32,000 bases of DNA, taken from the NCBI GenBank assembly GCA_963704755.1, contig OY969938.1, positions 1,740,001-1,772,000 of the forward strand. Reading direction: 5' to 3'. This document shows, piece by piece, positions 24,241 to 32,000 of the stretch (position 1 is the stretch's first letter; each line of letters opens with the position of its first letter). A program made the position numbers and the translations under genes. Origin of the DNA: an uncultured Chloroflexia bacterium (GTDB lineage: Bacteria > Chloroflexota > Anaerolineae > Anaerolineales > Anaerolineaceae). Under the pieces are notes generated by a model that made no database searches, was not told where the DNA came from, and saw only the letters and a list, made by a program, of their open reading frames with translations.

Positions 24241-25503
24241 TTACCTCCGTTCGAAAATGTGAACTGTGCAAGTCTGGCCGGTGCCGCCGACATTATGGGC
24301 CAGGCCAAGATTGGGACTGCCCGGCAACTGGCGTTCACCTGCCGTTCCACGCAGTTGTTCCCAGATCTCGACCACCTGCCCAACCCCAGAGGCGCCTACC
24401 GGGTGGCCCTTGGATTTCAATCCGCCGGAGGTGTTGATGGGGCGTGAACCGTTGCGGGCCGTCATTCCTTCTTCGACGGCTTTCCAGCCATCTCCGGGTT
24501 GGAAGAACCCTAGATCCTCGGTCGCAATGATTTCGGCGATGGTGAAACAATCATGAACCTCAACCGCCTTGATATCGGACGGTTTAACCCCGGCCATCTC
24601 ATAAGCCGCCGCCGCGGCATAGGCTGCCGCCGGGATCGAGGTCATCGTCGGCCGGCTGTGGGTGGCCCCGTCGCTGCCCTGGCCCGATCCAATCACGTAG
24701 AGCGGGTCGTCCGTAAAGCGTTTGGCGATTTCCTCCCCTACCAGCAGCACCGCCGCGGCCCCATCCGAAACCGGGGAACAATCGTAGAGATGCATCGGCC
24801 AGGCAATGATAGGGTTAGCCCGATCGTCCTTAAGAAATTCCATTTCGTCGGCCCAGGTGGGCTCGGGCAGGCCTTTCTTGACCGCGCTGGCTTTGCGGGC
24901 TTTCATTATCGAGCTTATCTTTTGGCCAAATTGGGCCTTCTCATTGAGAGCACCGTTCTCGTGGTTCTTGTATCCGACCTTCAAGAAAACATCCGGGTCG
25001 GCCCCGTATTTCGCCATATAGGCCGTGGCCATCGAAGCATACAGCCCCGGGAAGGTGAAGCCAGCAGGGACCTCGTAAAGCGCGTCCGCAGCCGTGGCCA
25101 GTGAGTTGGTCACCTGCTCGATGGGCAGATCGGTCATTTTTTCGATGCCGCCCACCAGGACAATGTCGTACATACCGGATGCGATAGCCATCAAACCCTG
25201 GCGCAAGGCGACCCCGCCGCTGGCGCAGGCATCCTCGACCCGCGTCGCCGGTCGCGGGGTCAGGCCGACCCAATCAGCCATGATGGGTGCGGTGTGGCCC
25301 TGACCCTCGAAAAGGTCGCTGCTGTAATTACCAATGAAGAGCGCCTCGATATCGTTGGCCTCCATGCCCTTATCCACCGAGGCGAGCATCTCCTGAAAAG
25401 CTTCGACGAATAAATCGCGGCTGGCCTTACCCGGAAAGGAGCCAAATTTGGACATCCCTGCTCCGACCAATGCGACCCCGCGATTTAATTTGCTTGATGT
25501 CAT
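24241..25503 (-). CDS. Thiolase-superfamily protein (SCP-x/archaeal-type acetyl-CoA C-acyltransferase-like)
   Basis: 420 aa. VALVGAGMSKFG, the active-site Cys context RVEDACASGGVA, and C-terminal NTSGGLKSKGHPVGASG and AHNVGGTG. AAGGAG RBS. Confidence 0.85.
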   Translation of the reverse strand: MTSSKLNRGVALVGAGMSKFGSFPGKASRDLFVEAFQEMLASVDKGMEANDIEALFIGNYSSDLFEGQGHTAPIMADWVGLTPRPATRVEDACASGGVALRQGLMAIASGMYDIVLVGGIEKMTDLPIEQVTNSLATAADALYEVPAGFTFPGLYASMATAYMAKYGADPDVFLKVGYKNHENGALNEKAQFGQKISSIMKARKASAVKKGLPEPTWADEMEFLKDDRANPIIAWPMHLYDCSPVSDGAAAVLLVGEEIAKRFTDDPLYVIGSGQGSDGATHSRPTMTSIPAAAYAAAAAYEMAGVKPSDIKAVEVHDCFTIAEIIATEDLGFFQPGDGWKAVEEGMTARNGSRPINTSGGLKSKGHPVGASGVGQVVEIWEQLRGTAGERQLPGSPNLGLAHNVGGTGQTCTVHIFERR

Positions 25504-25561
25504 TCTTCAATCTCCTTTGCCCAAGGACTCTACAATCTCGGATCAATCTCGTCTCTTGCGT

Positions 25562-26656
25562 TCAGGCCTTGCGAATGAAGGCGTGGAACAGGGCATTGAA
25601 TTCATCCGGCTTTTCGATGAACGGGCCGTGAGCCGTGTTCTCGATGACTCTTTCCTCAAACCGGCCGCCCGTGGCGGCATATTTTTCAAAGACGGCGCGG
25701 GTCTGCGAAACCATCGGCTGGGGTGGATAGACCTCATCGCCAGGCCACCCGGGCACGTAGCCCAATTTTCCCAGGGCGCCCAAATCGAACATCGAATTAT
25801 CCGAAACGATCATGTCCGCATTCCCGCGGACCCACAATATGGGCGGCTTAGGGGTGGCCGCGATCAGTTCTGCCACGTCGTTGCCCAGGTATTTCGGTGA
25901 CCAGCAGTTGACCGTCCCTTTCGTGCCGGGGCCGACATTTGGCCAATTGGGAGATGCTACAAAATCGCCCGGGTATTTATCCGAGCCTGTTTTTTCCATC
26001 AAGGCTGACGTGAGGAAATCTTCTTCCCGGGCTGGGCGGAAAGGTGGTTTGTAATAAAAAGTATTGATCACGTTGCGGGGCGAGTTCGGGTCAGCCTCAC
26101 CGCGGTCCCCGGCTTGAATAAGCTTGATAAAATCGGTGTTGACCACCCCGCCGCCGGATCCGGCGAAATCGTCATAACAGGGCACCCCATCGACGCCCTT
26201 CGAACCGCCAAACCCGTAGGGAGATACCGGCGAGATCAGGGTCACCGAGAAAGCTCTGCCCGGGTAATCGGTAATGAGCCGGTATATCACCCCGGCCCCC
26301 ATGGACCAGCCCACAAAGTGCGCTTTTTCGATCTTCATGGTATCCATCAATGCCGCAATGTCGTCGCTCATATCGCGCATACCGCGGGTCGAATTTATGA
26401 GCTTATCCTCGCTCCAACCGTATCCGCGCAGGTCAGGAGCGATCCCGCGATAATTATCGGGAAGAGCCAGCATGGTCTCTTCCCAGTACAAAGCGGCCGA
26501 AAAGTTACCGTGCAGAAAAATCACCGGGATGCCGGCATCCGGACCGGTGAAGTAAGTGTTCAGGCTGATGCGGTCTGTCTCGACCATTTTATTGGTCACG
26601 CCATGCATCGGTAAAGGCTTGTTCAATCGAACCTCCTTTGAGTGGTTAAGGCTCAC
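25562..26656 (-). CDS. Alpha/beta hydrolase fold protein (second copy, different subfamily)
   Basis: IPVIFLHGNFSAALYW, nucleophile elbow HFVGWSMGAG, C-terminal ENTAHGPFIEKPDEF. The start is uncertain: GTG 26656 in the track, but TTG 26626 has an AAGGAGG 5 nt upstream. Confidence 0.8.
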   Translation of the reverse strand: MSLNHSKEVRLNKPLPMHGVTNKMVETDRISLNTYFTGPDAGIPVIFLHGNFSAALYWEETMLALPDNYRGIAPDLRGYGWSEDKLINSTRGMRDMSDDIAALMDTMKIEKAHFVGWSMGAGVIYRLITDYPGRAFSVTLISPVSPYGFGGSKGVDGVPCYDDFAGSGGGVVNTDFIKLIQAGDRGEADPNSPRNVINTFYYKPPFRPAREEDFLTSALMEKTGSDKYPGDFVASPNWPNVGPGTKGTVNCWSPKYLGNDVAELIAATPKPPILWVRGNADMIVSDNSMFDLGALGKLGYVPGWPGDEVYPPQPMVSQTRAVFEKYAATGGRFEERVIENTAHGPFIEKPDEFNALFHAFIRKA

Positions 26657-26713
26657 TAGATTTTCTGATAAACACGTCCATTCTTGCTATCCAATTTTCG
26701 GGCGGCCCGGTTT

Positions 26714-28018
26714 TCATAGGACAATGCCAAGTTTGCGAGCCTCTTCCCGTATTTGCCCGCGAAAGTCGGGGTGGGCGATCCGGATCAGGGTTTCCATCCG
26801 GTCTTTAAGGCACAGCCCTTTTAATTCGGCAATACCGTATTCGGTCACGATGGTATCCACATCCTGGCTGGGGATCGTCACTTCCGCGCCGGGAGAGAGG
26901 GTTGGCACGATGGTCGAAACCGTTCCATTTTTCGCCGTAGAACGGAGGGCAATGATTCCGCGCCCGCCCGGAGAGAGCTGGGCCCCGCGATGGGTATCCA
27001 GTTGGCCTCCCGTTCCGCTAAAATGTTTGTAACCGATGCTTTGCGAACAGACCTGGCCGAGAATATCCACCTGCAGGGCTGTGTTGATGCTGACCATCCT
27101 GTAATTTTGGCCGATGACGTAGGGGTCATTAGTCACTTTGCCCTGCTGGAACTCAACTCCCAGGTTGTTATCCAGGAAATCGTACAGTTTTTGGGTTCCC
27201 AGGGCGAAAGCGCCGACCATTTTTTCTTTCCACAAGGCCTTGCGTTTGTTGGTGATCACACCTGCGTTATACAGGTCCACCACCCCGTCGGTGAACATCT
27301 CGGTATGGACGCCAAGGTCGTGCCGGTTGAGCAGGAATGGGGTAATGGCGTTCGGAATACCGCCGATCCCCAACTGGAGCGTCGAGCCGTCTTCGATCAG
27401 GTCGGCAATAAAACCGCCGATGGCCTTTTCCGTTTCGGAAGGCGGGGTGGGGAGCAGCTCGAACAAGGGCACATGATTTTCGACCACGTAGTCCACGTCA
27501 TCGATATGCAATTGGGTATCGCCCAACGTCCAGGGCAGATTTTCGTTCACTTCGATGATGACCAGGTCGGCCGCTTCGATCAGTTGTTTTTCGATGACCA
27601 GCCCCAGCGAAAGGGACATATAGCCGCGTTCGTCGGGCGGGGTCGCCGTGCCGAAGAAGACATTCAACCGGCCTTTCGAAGCCAGCAATTTGTCGGAAGC
27701 AGCCCGGTGGAGATTGTTGGGGATGTATGAGACGCGGCCTTCCGGGTGTACCATCCGGTCGGGGGCACCGTAAAACCAGTTTTCGACGAAGAAATGGCCC
27801 GTCATCTCCGGTTTCAAAATGAAATCATAGGTGCGCATGGGCAGGCAAACCCATACCGTTACGTCCTCCAGGCGATCTTTATGCCTGCCGAGTTCGGTCA
27901 GCAAACCGGGGGGTTCAGAGGCTGCCATACCAACGCCAATCGTCTGGTGGGAATGAACCAGGGATACAGCCTCAGGGATGCTGATGCGCTTCTGCTTATA
28001 GGTTTCCTTGGGGTTCAT
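26714..28018 (-). CDS. Acetyl-CoA hydrolase/transferase family protein (4-hydroxybutyrate CoA-transferase-like)
   Basis: Trimmed to MNPKETYKQKRISIPEAVSLVHSHQTIGVGMAASEP (434 aa). HTEMFTDG and SGTGGQLD motifs of the family. The 43-aa upstream extension in the track overlaps the preceding gene. Confidence 0.85.
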   Translation of the reverse strand: MNPKETYKQKRISIPEAVSLVHSHQTIGVGMAASEPPGLLTELGRHKDRLEDVTVWVCLPMRTYDFILKPEMTGHFFVENWFYGAPDRMVHPEGRVSYIPNNLHRAASDKLLASKGRLNVFFGTATPPDERGYMSLSLGLVIEKQLIEAADLVIIEVNENLPWTLGDTQLHIDDVDYVVENHVPLFELLPTPPSETEKAIGGFIADLIEDGSTLQLGIGGIPNAITPFLLNRHDLGVHTEMFTDGVVDLYNAGVITNKRKALWKEKMVGAFALGTQKLYDFLDNNLGVEFQQGKVTNDPYVIGQNYRMVSINTALQVDILGQVCSQSIGYKHFSGTGGQLDTHRGAQLSPGGRGIIALRSTAKNGTVSTIVPTLSPGAEVTIPSQDVDTIVTEYGIAELKGLCLKDRMETLIRIAHPDFRGQIREEARKLGIVL

Positions 28019-28046
28019 CTTTGTCTCTTCCCAATGCCGGCTTGAT

Positions 28047-29033
28047 CTAGGGCATGATAAATGCGGAACCGGCCTGGTTGTACCCCACCCCTGATCCGAC
28101 AAATGTAACCAGGTCACCCGATTTGATCTTTCCTGACTTCCAGGCATCGTCGAACACCATGGGGATACAGGCCGAACCGGTATAGCCCCATTTATCCATG
28201 ATCCAATGCGTTTTTTCGATCGGAAGCCCCAGCGCTTCCTGAACGATCTTGATGCTGTTCAGGCGGACCTGGGTGTACAGGGCCAGGTCAACGTCCTTCA
28301 AATCAAAATCGCCGTTTTTGGCCAGCTCATGCATTCGATCCGGCCAGCCTTCATTATTCACCGAGGCCGGGAAGGGTGTAATCAGGCGGACCTGGGTGCG
28401 CCCGGCTTCAATGCTGTCTTTGGAGGCCGGCTCATAGGTGCCGCCCGCATAGATGCCCCAGTTCTTGTGGTACGAACCATCGGCAAAGAAAGTACTCGAC
28501 ACAAAACCGGGTTTGTCGCTGGCGGTCAGGATTGCGGCGCCGGCCCCATCGCCATAGAAGAAAGACATGACGTCATTTTCCCAGTCGGAGAGCCGGTGCA
28601 TCATATACGCGCCGATGACCATGACGTACTTCATATGGGGATTGGCCTGGATGAGCCCCGCAGCCGTATTGAGACCGGTCGGGAAGGAGGCGCAGGCACA
28701 GCCAATATCGAACGTCCCGGCTTTGGTCGCCCCCAGCTTATATTGCACCACCGCCGAAGTGGCCGGCGTGATGTAATCCGGGCTGTCGGTGCCCAGCAGG
28801 ATCATATCCAGATCACCCGGCTGAAGACCGGCCTGCTCGAGGGCATCTTTGGCTGCTTCGACGGCCAGGTCGGAAGTCGCCTGGTCATCCGTAGCGTACC
28901 AGCGGGTTTTGATCCCGCTCGAGGCTTCGAATTTGCCCACCACCTCGCCGAATTTCTCCCGCATCGAATCATTCGTCCGTTCGATGGGGGGCAGGTAATG
29001 GCCTGAAGAAATAATCTTAGCAGAACGAGACAT
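28047..29033 (-). CDS. KASIII (FabH)-like thiolase-fold protein retaining the Cys but lacking the canonical His and Asn
   Basis: 328 aa. SGIKTRWYA, GTDSPDYITPATSAVVQYKLG, active-site context FDIGCACASF. At the FabH PHQAN position it reads LYTQVR, and at the GNTSAAS position it reads GYTGSAC (hand alignment to the E. coli FabH C-terminus). Confidence 0.8.
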   Translation of the reverse strand: MSRSAKIISSGHYLPPIERTNDSMREKFGEVVGKFEASSGIKTRWYATDDQATSDLAVEAAKDALEQAGLQPGDLDMILLGTDSPDYITPATSAVVQYKLGATKAGTFDIGCACASFPTGLNTAAGLIQANPHMKYVMVIGAYMMHRLSDWENDVMSFFYGDGAGAAILTASDKPGFVSSTFFADGSYHKNWGIYAGGTYEPASKDSIEAGRTQVRLITPFPASVNNEGWPDRMHELAKNGDFDLKDVDLALYTQVRLNSIKIVQEALGLPIEKTHWIMDKWGYTGSACIPMVFDDAWKSGKIKSGDLVTFVGSGVGYNQAGSAFIMP

Positions 29034-29043
29034 TCAGCACCTC

Positions 29044-29808
29044 CTACGTACCAATAACAATTCCACCATCAACGCTGATGGTTGCACCATGCACGAAAGA
29101 AGCTTCATCGCTCGCCAGCCAAAGGTAAGCATTGGCAATATCGCGCGGATCGCCCAGCCGGCCAATAGGCGTATGCGATTTCATATCCGCCAGCACGTTT
29201 TCGGGCATCTTCTGGACCATTTCGGTCAGCACAAAACCAGGGGCGACCGCATTGACCCGAATATGGAACCGGCCCATCTCGCGCGCCCAAACTTTAGTCA
29301 TGCCAATGACGCCCGCCTTGGTGGCCACGTAGTTCGTCTGGCCGAAATTGCCGTACAGCCCGACCACCGAAGAGGCATTTACGATCACGCCCCCACCCTG
29401 TTTGGCCATGTAAGGGGCAACTGCCTGGGTACAATTGAAAACGCCTTTCAGATTGACCTGAACCACCGCATCAAAAGCGCTTTCGTCCATCTGGCCGGTC
29501 AATTCGCCATTTTTCACTTTGACGAAAATCGCGTCCCGGGTAATGCCGGCATTGTTGATCAGCACATCCACATGGCCGTATTGCGAATAGACCGCATCCA
29601 CCCAGGCTTGAACTTCCTGTCGATCGGTCACGTTCACCTGATCGAACCGGGCCGTGGGTCCAAGGCTGGCCAGGAGCGCGTTACCGGCCGCTTCATTCAC
29701 GTCGCAAATGGCCACCTGGGCGCCTTCCTCGGCGAAGCGAAGGGCAGTCGCTTTTCCAATCCCTGAGGCGCCTCCAGTGATGAGCGTCACTTTACCTTGC
29801 AATCGCAT
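29044..29808 (-). CDS. Short-chain dehydrogenase/reductase (FabG-like 3-oxoacyl reductase)
   Basis: 254 aa. TGGASGIGKA, NNAGI, SSVVGLYGNFGQTNYVATKAG (Ser...YxxxK). AGGAG RBS 7 nt upstream. Confidence 0.9.
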   Translation of the reverse strand: MRLQGKVTLITGGASGIGKATALRFAEEGAQVAICDVNEAAGNALLASLGPTARFDQVNVTDRQEVQAWVDAVYSQYGHVDVLINNAGITRDAIFVKVKNGELTGQMDESAFDAVVQVNLKGVFNCTQAVAPYMAKQGGGVIVNASSVVGLYGNFGQTNYVATKAGVIGMTKVWAREMGRFHIRVNAVAPGFVLTEMVQKMPENVLADMKSHTPIGRLGDPRDIANAYLWLASDEASFVHGATISVDGGIVIGT

Positions 29809-30069
29809 AGCGAGACTCCTTTTCTGTAATGCATCGATGAGACTCCTGAAAAAACTCTAACTGCGGAAGAAGTCCGCTACATGTGAGAAAGCGGCTGCGC
29901 TGCTTTCCTGCATATAGCGTTCCTTTCCTACCAGGATTGCTTTTTTAGTGAACCTGTTGATTTTGGGGTTGCTATGAATAAATTGGGGAGAAGGTAAGCG
30001 GGTTGCTCACCTGAGGTTAGCGTCTATCCGCAAGTTTTTACGGGTAGGTTTTTATAATATCAGGTGGCT

Positions 30070-30097
30070 GTTACAGGGCAGTTACAAAAGAGTTACA
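30070..30097 (-). promoter_or_regulatory. Three direct GTTACA (minus strand TGTAAC) repeats at exact 11-bp spacing followed by TATTAT/TATAAA; candidate SARP-type activator site and promoter for the acyl-CoA operon
   Basis: The minus strand reads tttTGTAACtctttTGTAACtgcccTGTAACagccacctgatatTATAAAaacc. Repeats start at + 30070, 30081 and 30092. The site is 8 nt downstream of the regulator stop and about 260 nt upstream of the SDR ATG. Confidence 0.4.
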
Positions 30098-30104
30098 AAT
30101 AGGA

Positions 30105-32000
30105 TCAATTTACCAGAGTGAGCATTTGGTGCAGCCGCTGGATGCTCACAGAAGGTTCGATACCCAATTCGTCCTCTAAAATCGTTTTGAAATGCTGGTA
30201 CGTAGCTTCGGCCTGGGGAAGGTTCCCTTGCGCGGTATGGACCTGCATCATTATTCCATAGGCCGGCTCACAAAACCTGTCACGGCGGAGGGCGCCGGTG
30301 CATACGGCCAGAGCTTCATTCCATTGTTGGGCTTGAAGGTAGGCGCGGGCCAGGCGTTCGGCCAGGTTCAAATATTGCTGGCGATAATTGCCCCGTTCGA
30401 TGGACGACCAGTCGCAATACAGGCAGTCCGGAAGGTAATCTTCCTCGTATAGATTGAGGGCTGCCTGCATTTTCTCCGGATTATCCAGAGCGGCCATCTG
30501 CGAAAAAACTTCGCCATCCGTCACGATACTTGCCTGTGGATTGATCCCATAAGCATTGCCCTGGCGAATGATAAAGTAAGGTTTTAAATTTCGCGGGCGG
30601 GTGGGTTCGATTGCGCGGTTTAGTGCATTCAAAGCCACTTTAAAATCGCTTAATGCACTTTCAGGGGTTGATTCAGGCCAGAGCATATCCATAATTTGCT
30701 CGCGCAGCAGCCATTGACCGCGCGATGTAATCAGTAGCTGGAATAGCTGCCTGGCCTTTTCCCTCTGCCATTCGCGCGACGTGACCAGATCATCCCCCCG
30801 CCAGAGATTGAAAGGCCCAAGGGTTCGCACCCATAACGTGTAGCCGGGATGGAACTCGAGGCCGGCTTTGCCTGCCCTGGAAAGCAGTTTGAGCACAAAT
30901 TCACGCTGGATACCCTGGCGATAGGCTTCCATCAAAAGAGGAATCGCGGCCTGGTCATCTTTTAAACCCGCATGGGTAGGCTTGATCAGCAAGGAATCAT
31001 AGCCATTTTCAGCGACCACCCCTAACAGGGCGGAGAGGTGCTGGAGGGCGCTCTCGACCTGCCCGCTCCACCAGGCATTCAAGCTCAACCACAGCTTGGC
31101 CGCTGACCAGGCGTACGTATCCTGCACCTTCACCAATCCTTCGGCCGCCTCGTTCAACCAGCGAGCCGCAACCTGCGGGCGCTGGCTCATGGCGTAAGAG
31201 GCCCCCATGATGATCCGGACGTAGTGGCCAAACCATTCGTCGCCGGCGGAGGTGGCCAGTTCAATGGCATTGACGGCGTGCCCTTCCGCAACTTCCAGGT
31301 CACCCGCATATCCATAGGCTCTGCATAACCCCCACAGCGGTTCCAATCCTACGCGGGCGACCTTGAATGGGCGGATTTTGCCCATAACGCTTTCGTAACA
31401 ATCGATCGCTGCCTGGCGCTGGTCCCCGCCCCAGGGAGAAAAGCTGCCCAGTTGCAGGGCATGCCCCAGCCGCATAAAGCCAACCGCTTCGACATACGTG
31501 GATTGCATATTTTGCCCGATCGCGATCCCTTCGCGGGCATATCGTTCCGCATCCGCTTGATTGCCCTGCAATACACACACCAGGGATAAAAGCAGTTCCT
31601 TTTCGCGATGAAAATGAACCTCGCGGTTCTGGCCCAGGAGTTGTTCGTCCAGCTTGTAGCTCTCGAGCAGCCGTTGAGATTCGGCCAGTTTACCCGTACG
31701 CAAAAGAATGCGCGTTTCGAGGTAAATATCGGCCGATTTGGCCTCACCGTGCAGCCGCAGCGATTCGCGATGCAGCTCCTTGGCCTGGTCCGGCATGCCG
31801 GCATTGAGCTTATTCTCCGCCAGCATTTCCAGCAGGTCGGCAGTCTCTTGGGCATAAGCAGCCGGGTCAAGCAGGTCGAGCGCCTCGGCGAGTAATGGAA
31901 CCGCCTGCAGCGGGCGGACGGTATCCAGGTATACCTGCGCCTGTCCGCTGATCGCCTGGCTCTGGCCCAGGTTATTGGCTTCATCCTGGTACAGGCCAAG
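30105..32000 (-). CDS. Large transcriptional regulator: TPR-like helical repeats followed by a C-terminal OmpR-type winged helix + BTAD (SARP/AfsR-like) module; 5' end beyond the right edge
   Basis: The track ORF is 30105..31826, but the same frame stays open to position 32000 (LGLYQDEANNLGQSQAISGQAQVYLDTVRPLQAVPLLAEALDLLDPAAYAQETADLLEMLAENK...). The C-terminus has LGPFNLWRGDDLVTSREWQREKARQLFQLLI...IMDMLWPE (winged helix) and ...EPAYGIMMQVHTAQGNLPQAEATYQHFKTILEDELGIEPSVSIQRL (BTAD). Confidence 0.8.
   Translation of the reverse strand, partial: LGLYQDEANNLGQSQAISGQAQVYLDTVRPLQAVPLLAEALDLLDPAAYAQETADLLEMLAENKLNAGMPDQAKELHRESLRLHGEAKSADIYLETRILLRTGKLAESQRLLESYKLDEQLLGQNREVHFHREKELLLSLVCVLQGNQADAERYAREGIAIGQNMQSTYVEAVGFMRLGHALQLGSFSPWGGDQRQAAIDCYESVMGKIRPFKVARVGLEPLWGLCRAYGYAGDLEVAEGHAVNAIELATSAGDEWFGHYVRIIMGASYAMSQRPQVAARWLNEAAEGLVKVQDTYAWSAAKLWLSLNAWWSGQVESALQHLSALLGVVAENGYDSLLIKPTHAGLKDDQAAIPLLMEAYRQGIQREFVLKLLSRAGKAGLEFHPGYTLWVRTLGPFNLWRGDDLVTSREWQREKARQLFQLLITSRGQWLLREQIMDMLWPESTPESALSDFKVALNALNRAIEPTRPRNLKPYFIIRQGNAYGINPQASIVTDGEVFSQMAALDNPEKMQAALNLYEEDYLPDCLYCDWSSIERGNYRQQYLNLAERLARAYLQAQQWNEALAVCTGALRRDRFCEPAYGIMMQVHTAQGNLPQAEATYQHFKTILEDELGIEPSVSIQRLHQMLTLVN

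Noticed and set aside
17132-32000. Many long + strand ORFs in the GC-rich half (for example 18176..18679, 19761..20432, 21863..22381, 24553..25104, 26990..27730, 28206..29006, 29089..29766) and alternative-frame minus ORFs (17724..18323, 18770..19405, 31349..31999)
   Set aside because: All lie entirely within well-supported minus-strand genes with clear family motifs. Their translations are Arg/Gly/Pro-rich low-complexity strings, typical of shadow frames in GC-rich DNA.

Overview
All credible genes in this 32-kb window are on the minus strand, and the window has two very different halves.

(1) 17.1-32 kb is GC-rich core DNA, about 55% GC in hand-counted sample lines. It holds, in order: a TPR + winged-helix/BTAD (SARP-like) regulator running off the right edge; a seven-gene acyl-CoA cluster (SDR, KASIII-like, 4-hydroxybutyrate-type CoA-transferase, alpha/beta hydrolase, thiolase, DUF35 Zn-ribbon/OB protein, alpha/beta hydrolase); and a complete branched-chain-amino-acid-type ABC transporter (binding lipoprotein, LivG, LivF, LivH, LivM) ending in a clean intrinsic terminator at 17069..17110. 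All of these genes are intact.

(2) 1-17.07 kb is an AT-rich island, about 30-40% GC. It is built from nine co-directional modules, each a toxin-like cassette followed 4-30 nt later by a lipoprotein, usually a PD40/TolB-like beta-propeller.

- Seven cassettes begin with the same GC-rich block, which encodes a hydrophobic stretch, KKKRGK and a lipoprotein signal peptide (WDGLIIALVMVAAVGMSLTAC).
- In three copies the block is preceded by an Rhs-core remnant (YYDPSTGRFLTRD...NPYVPWDPSA).
- The payloads I can recognise are two 3D/MltA-like domains, a GHSGG alpha/beta hydrolase and a HELGH...EAFAD gluzincin.
- At the left edge there is also a canonical Rhs core fused to an amidase-like (DCTNF) domain.
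- About half of the island genes carry single in-frame stops or frameshifts.

I read the island as a WapA/Rhs-type polymorphic-toxin orphan-cassette array with an unusual signal-peptide junction and beta-propeller immunity candidates.

I found no rRNA, tRNA, CRISPR array, transposase or integrase.
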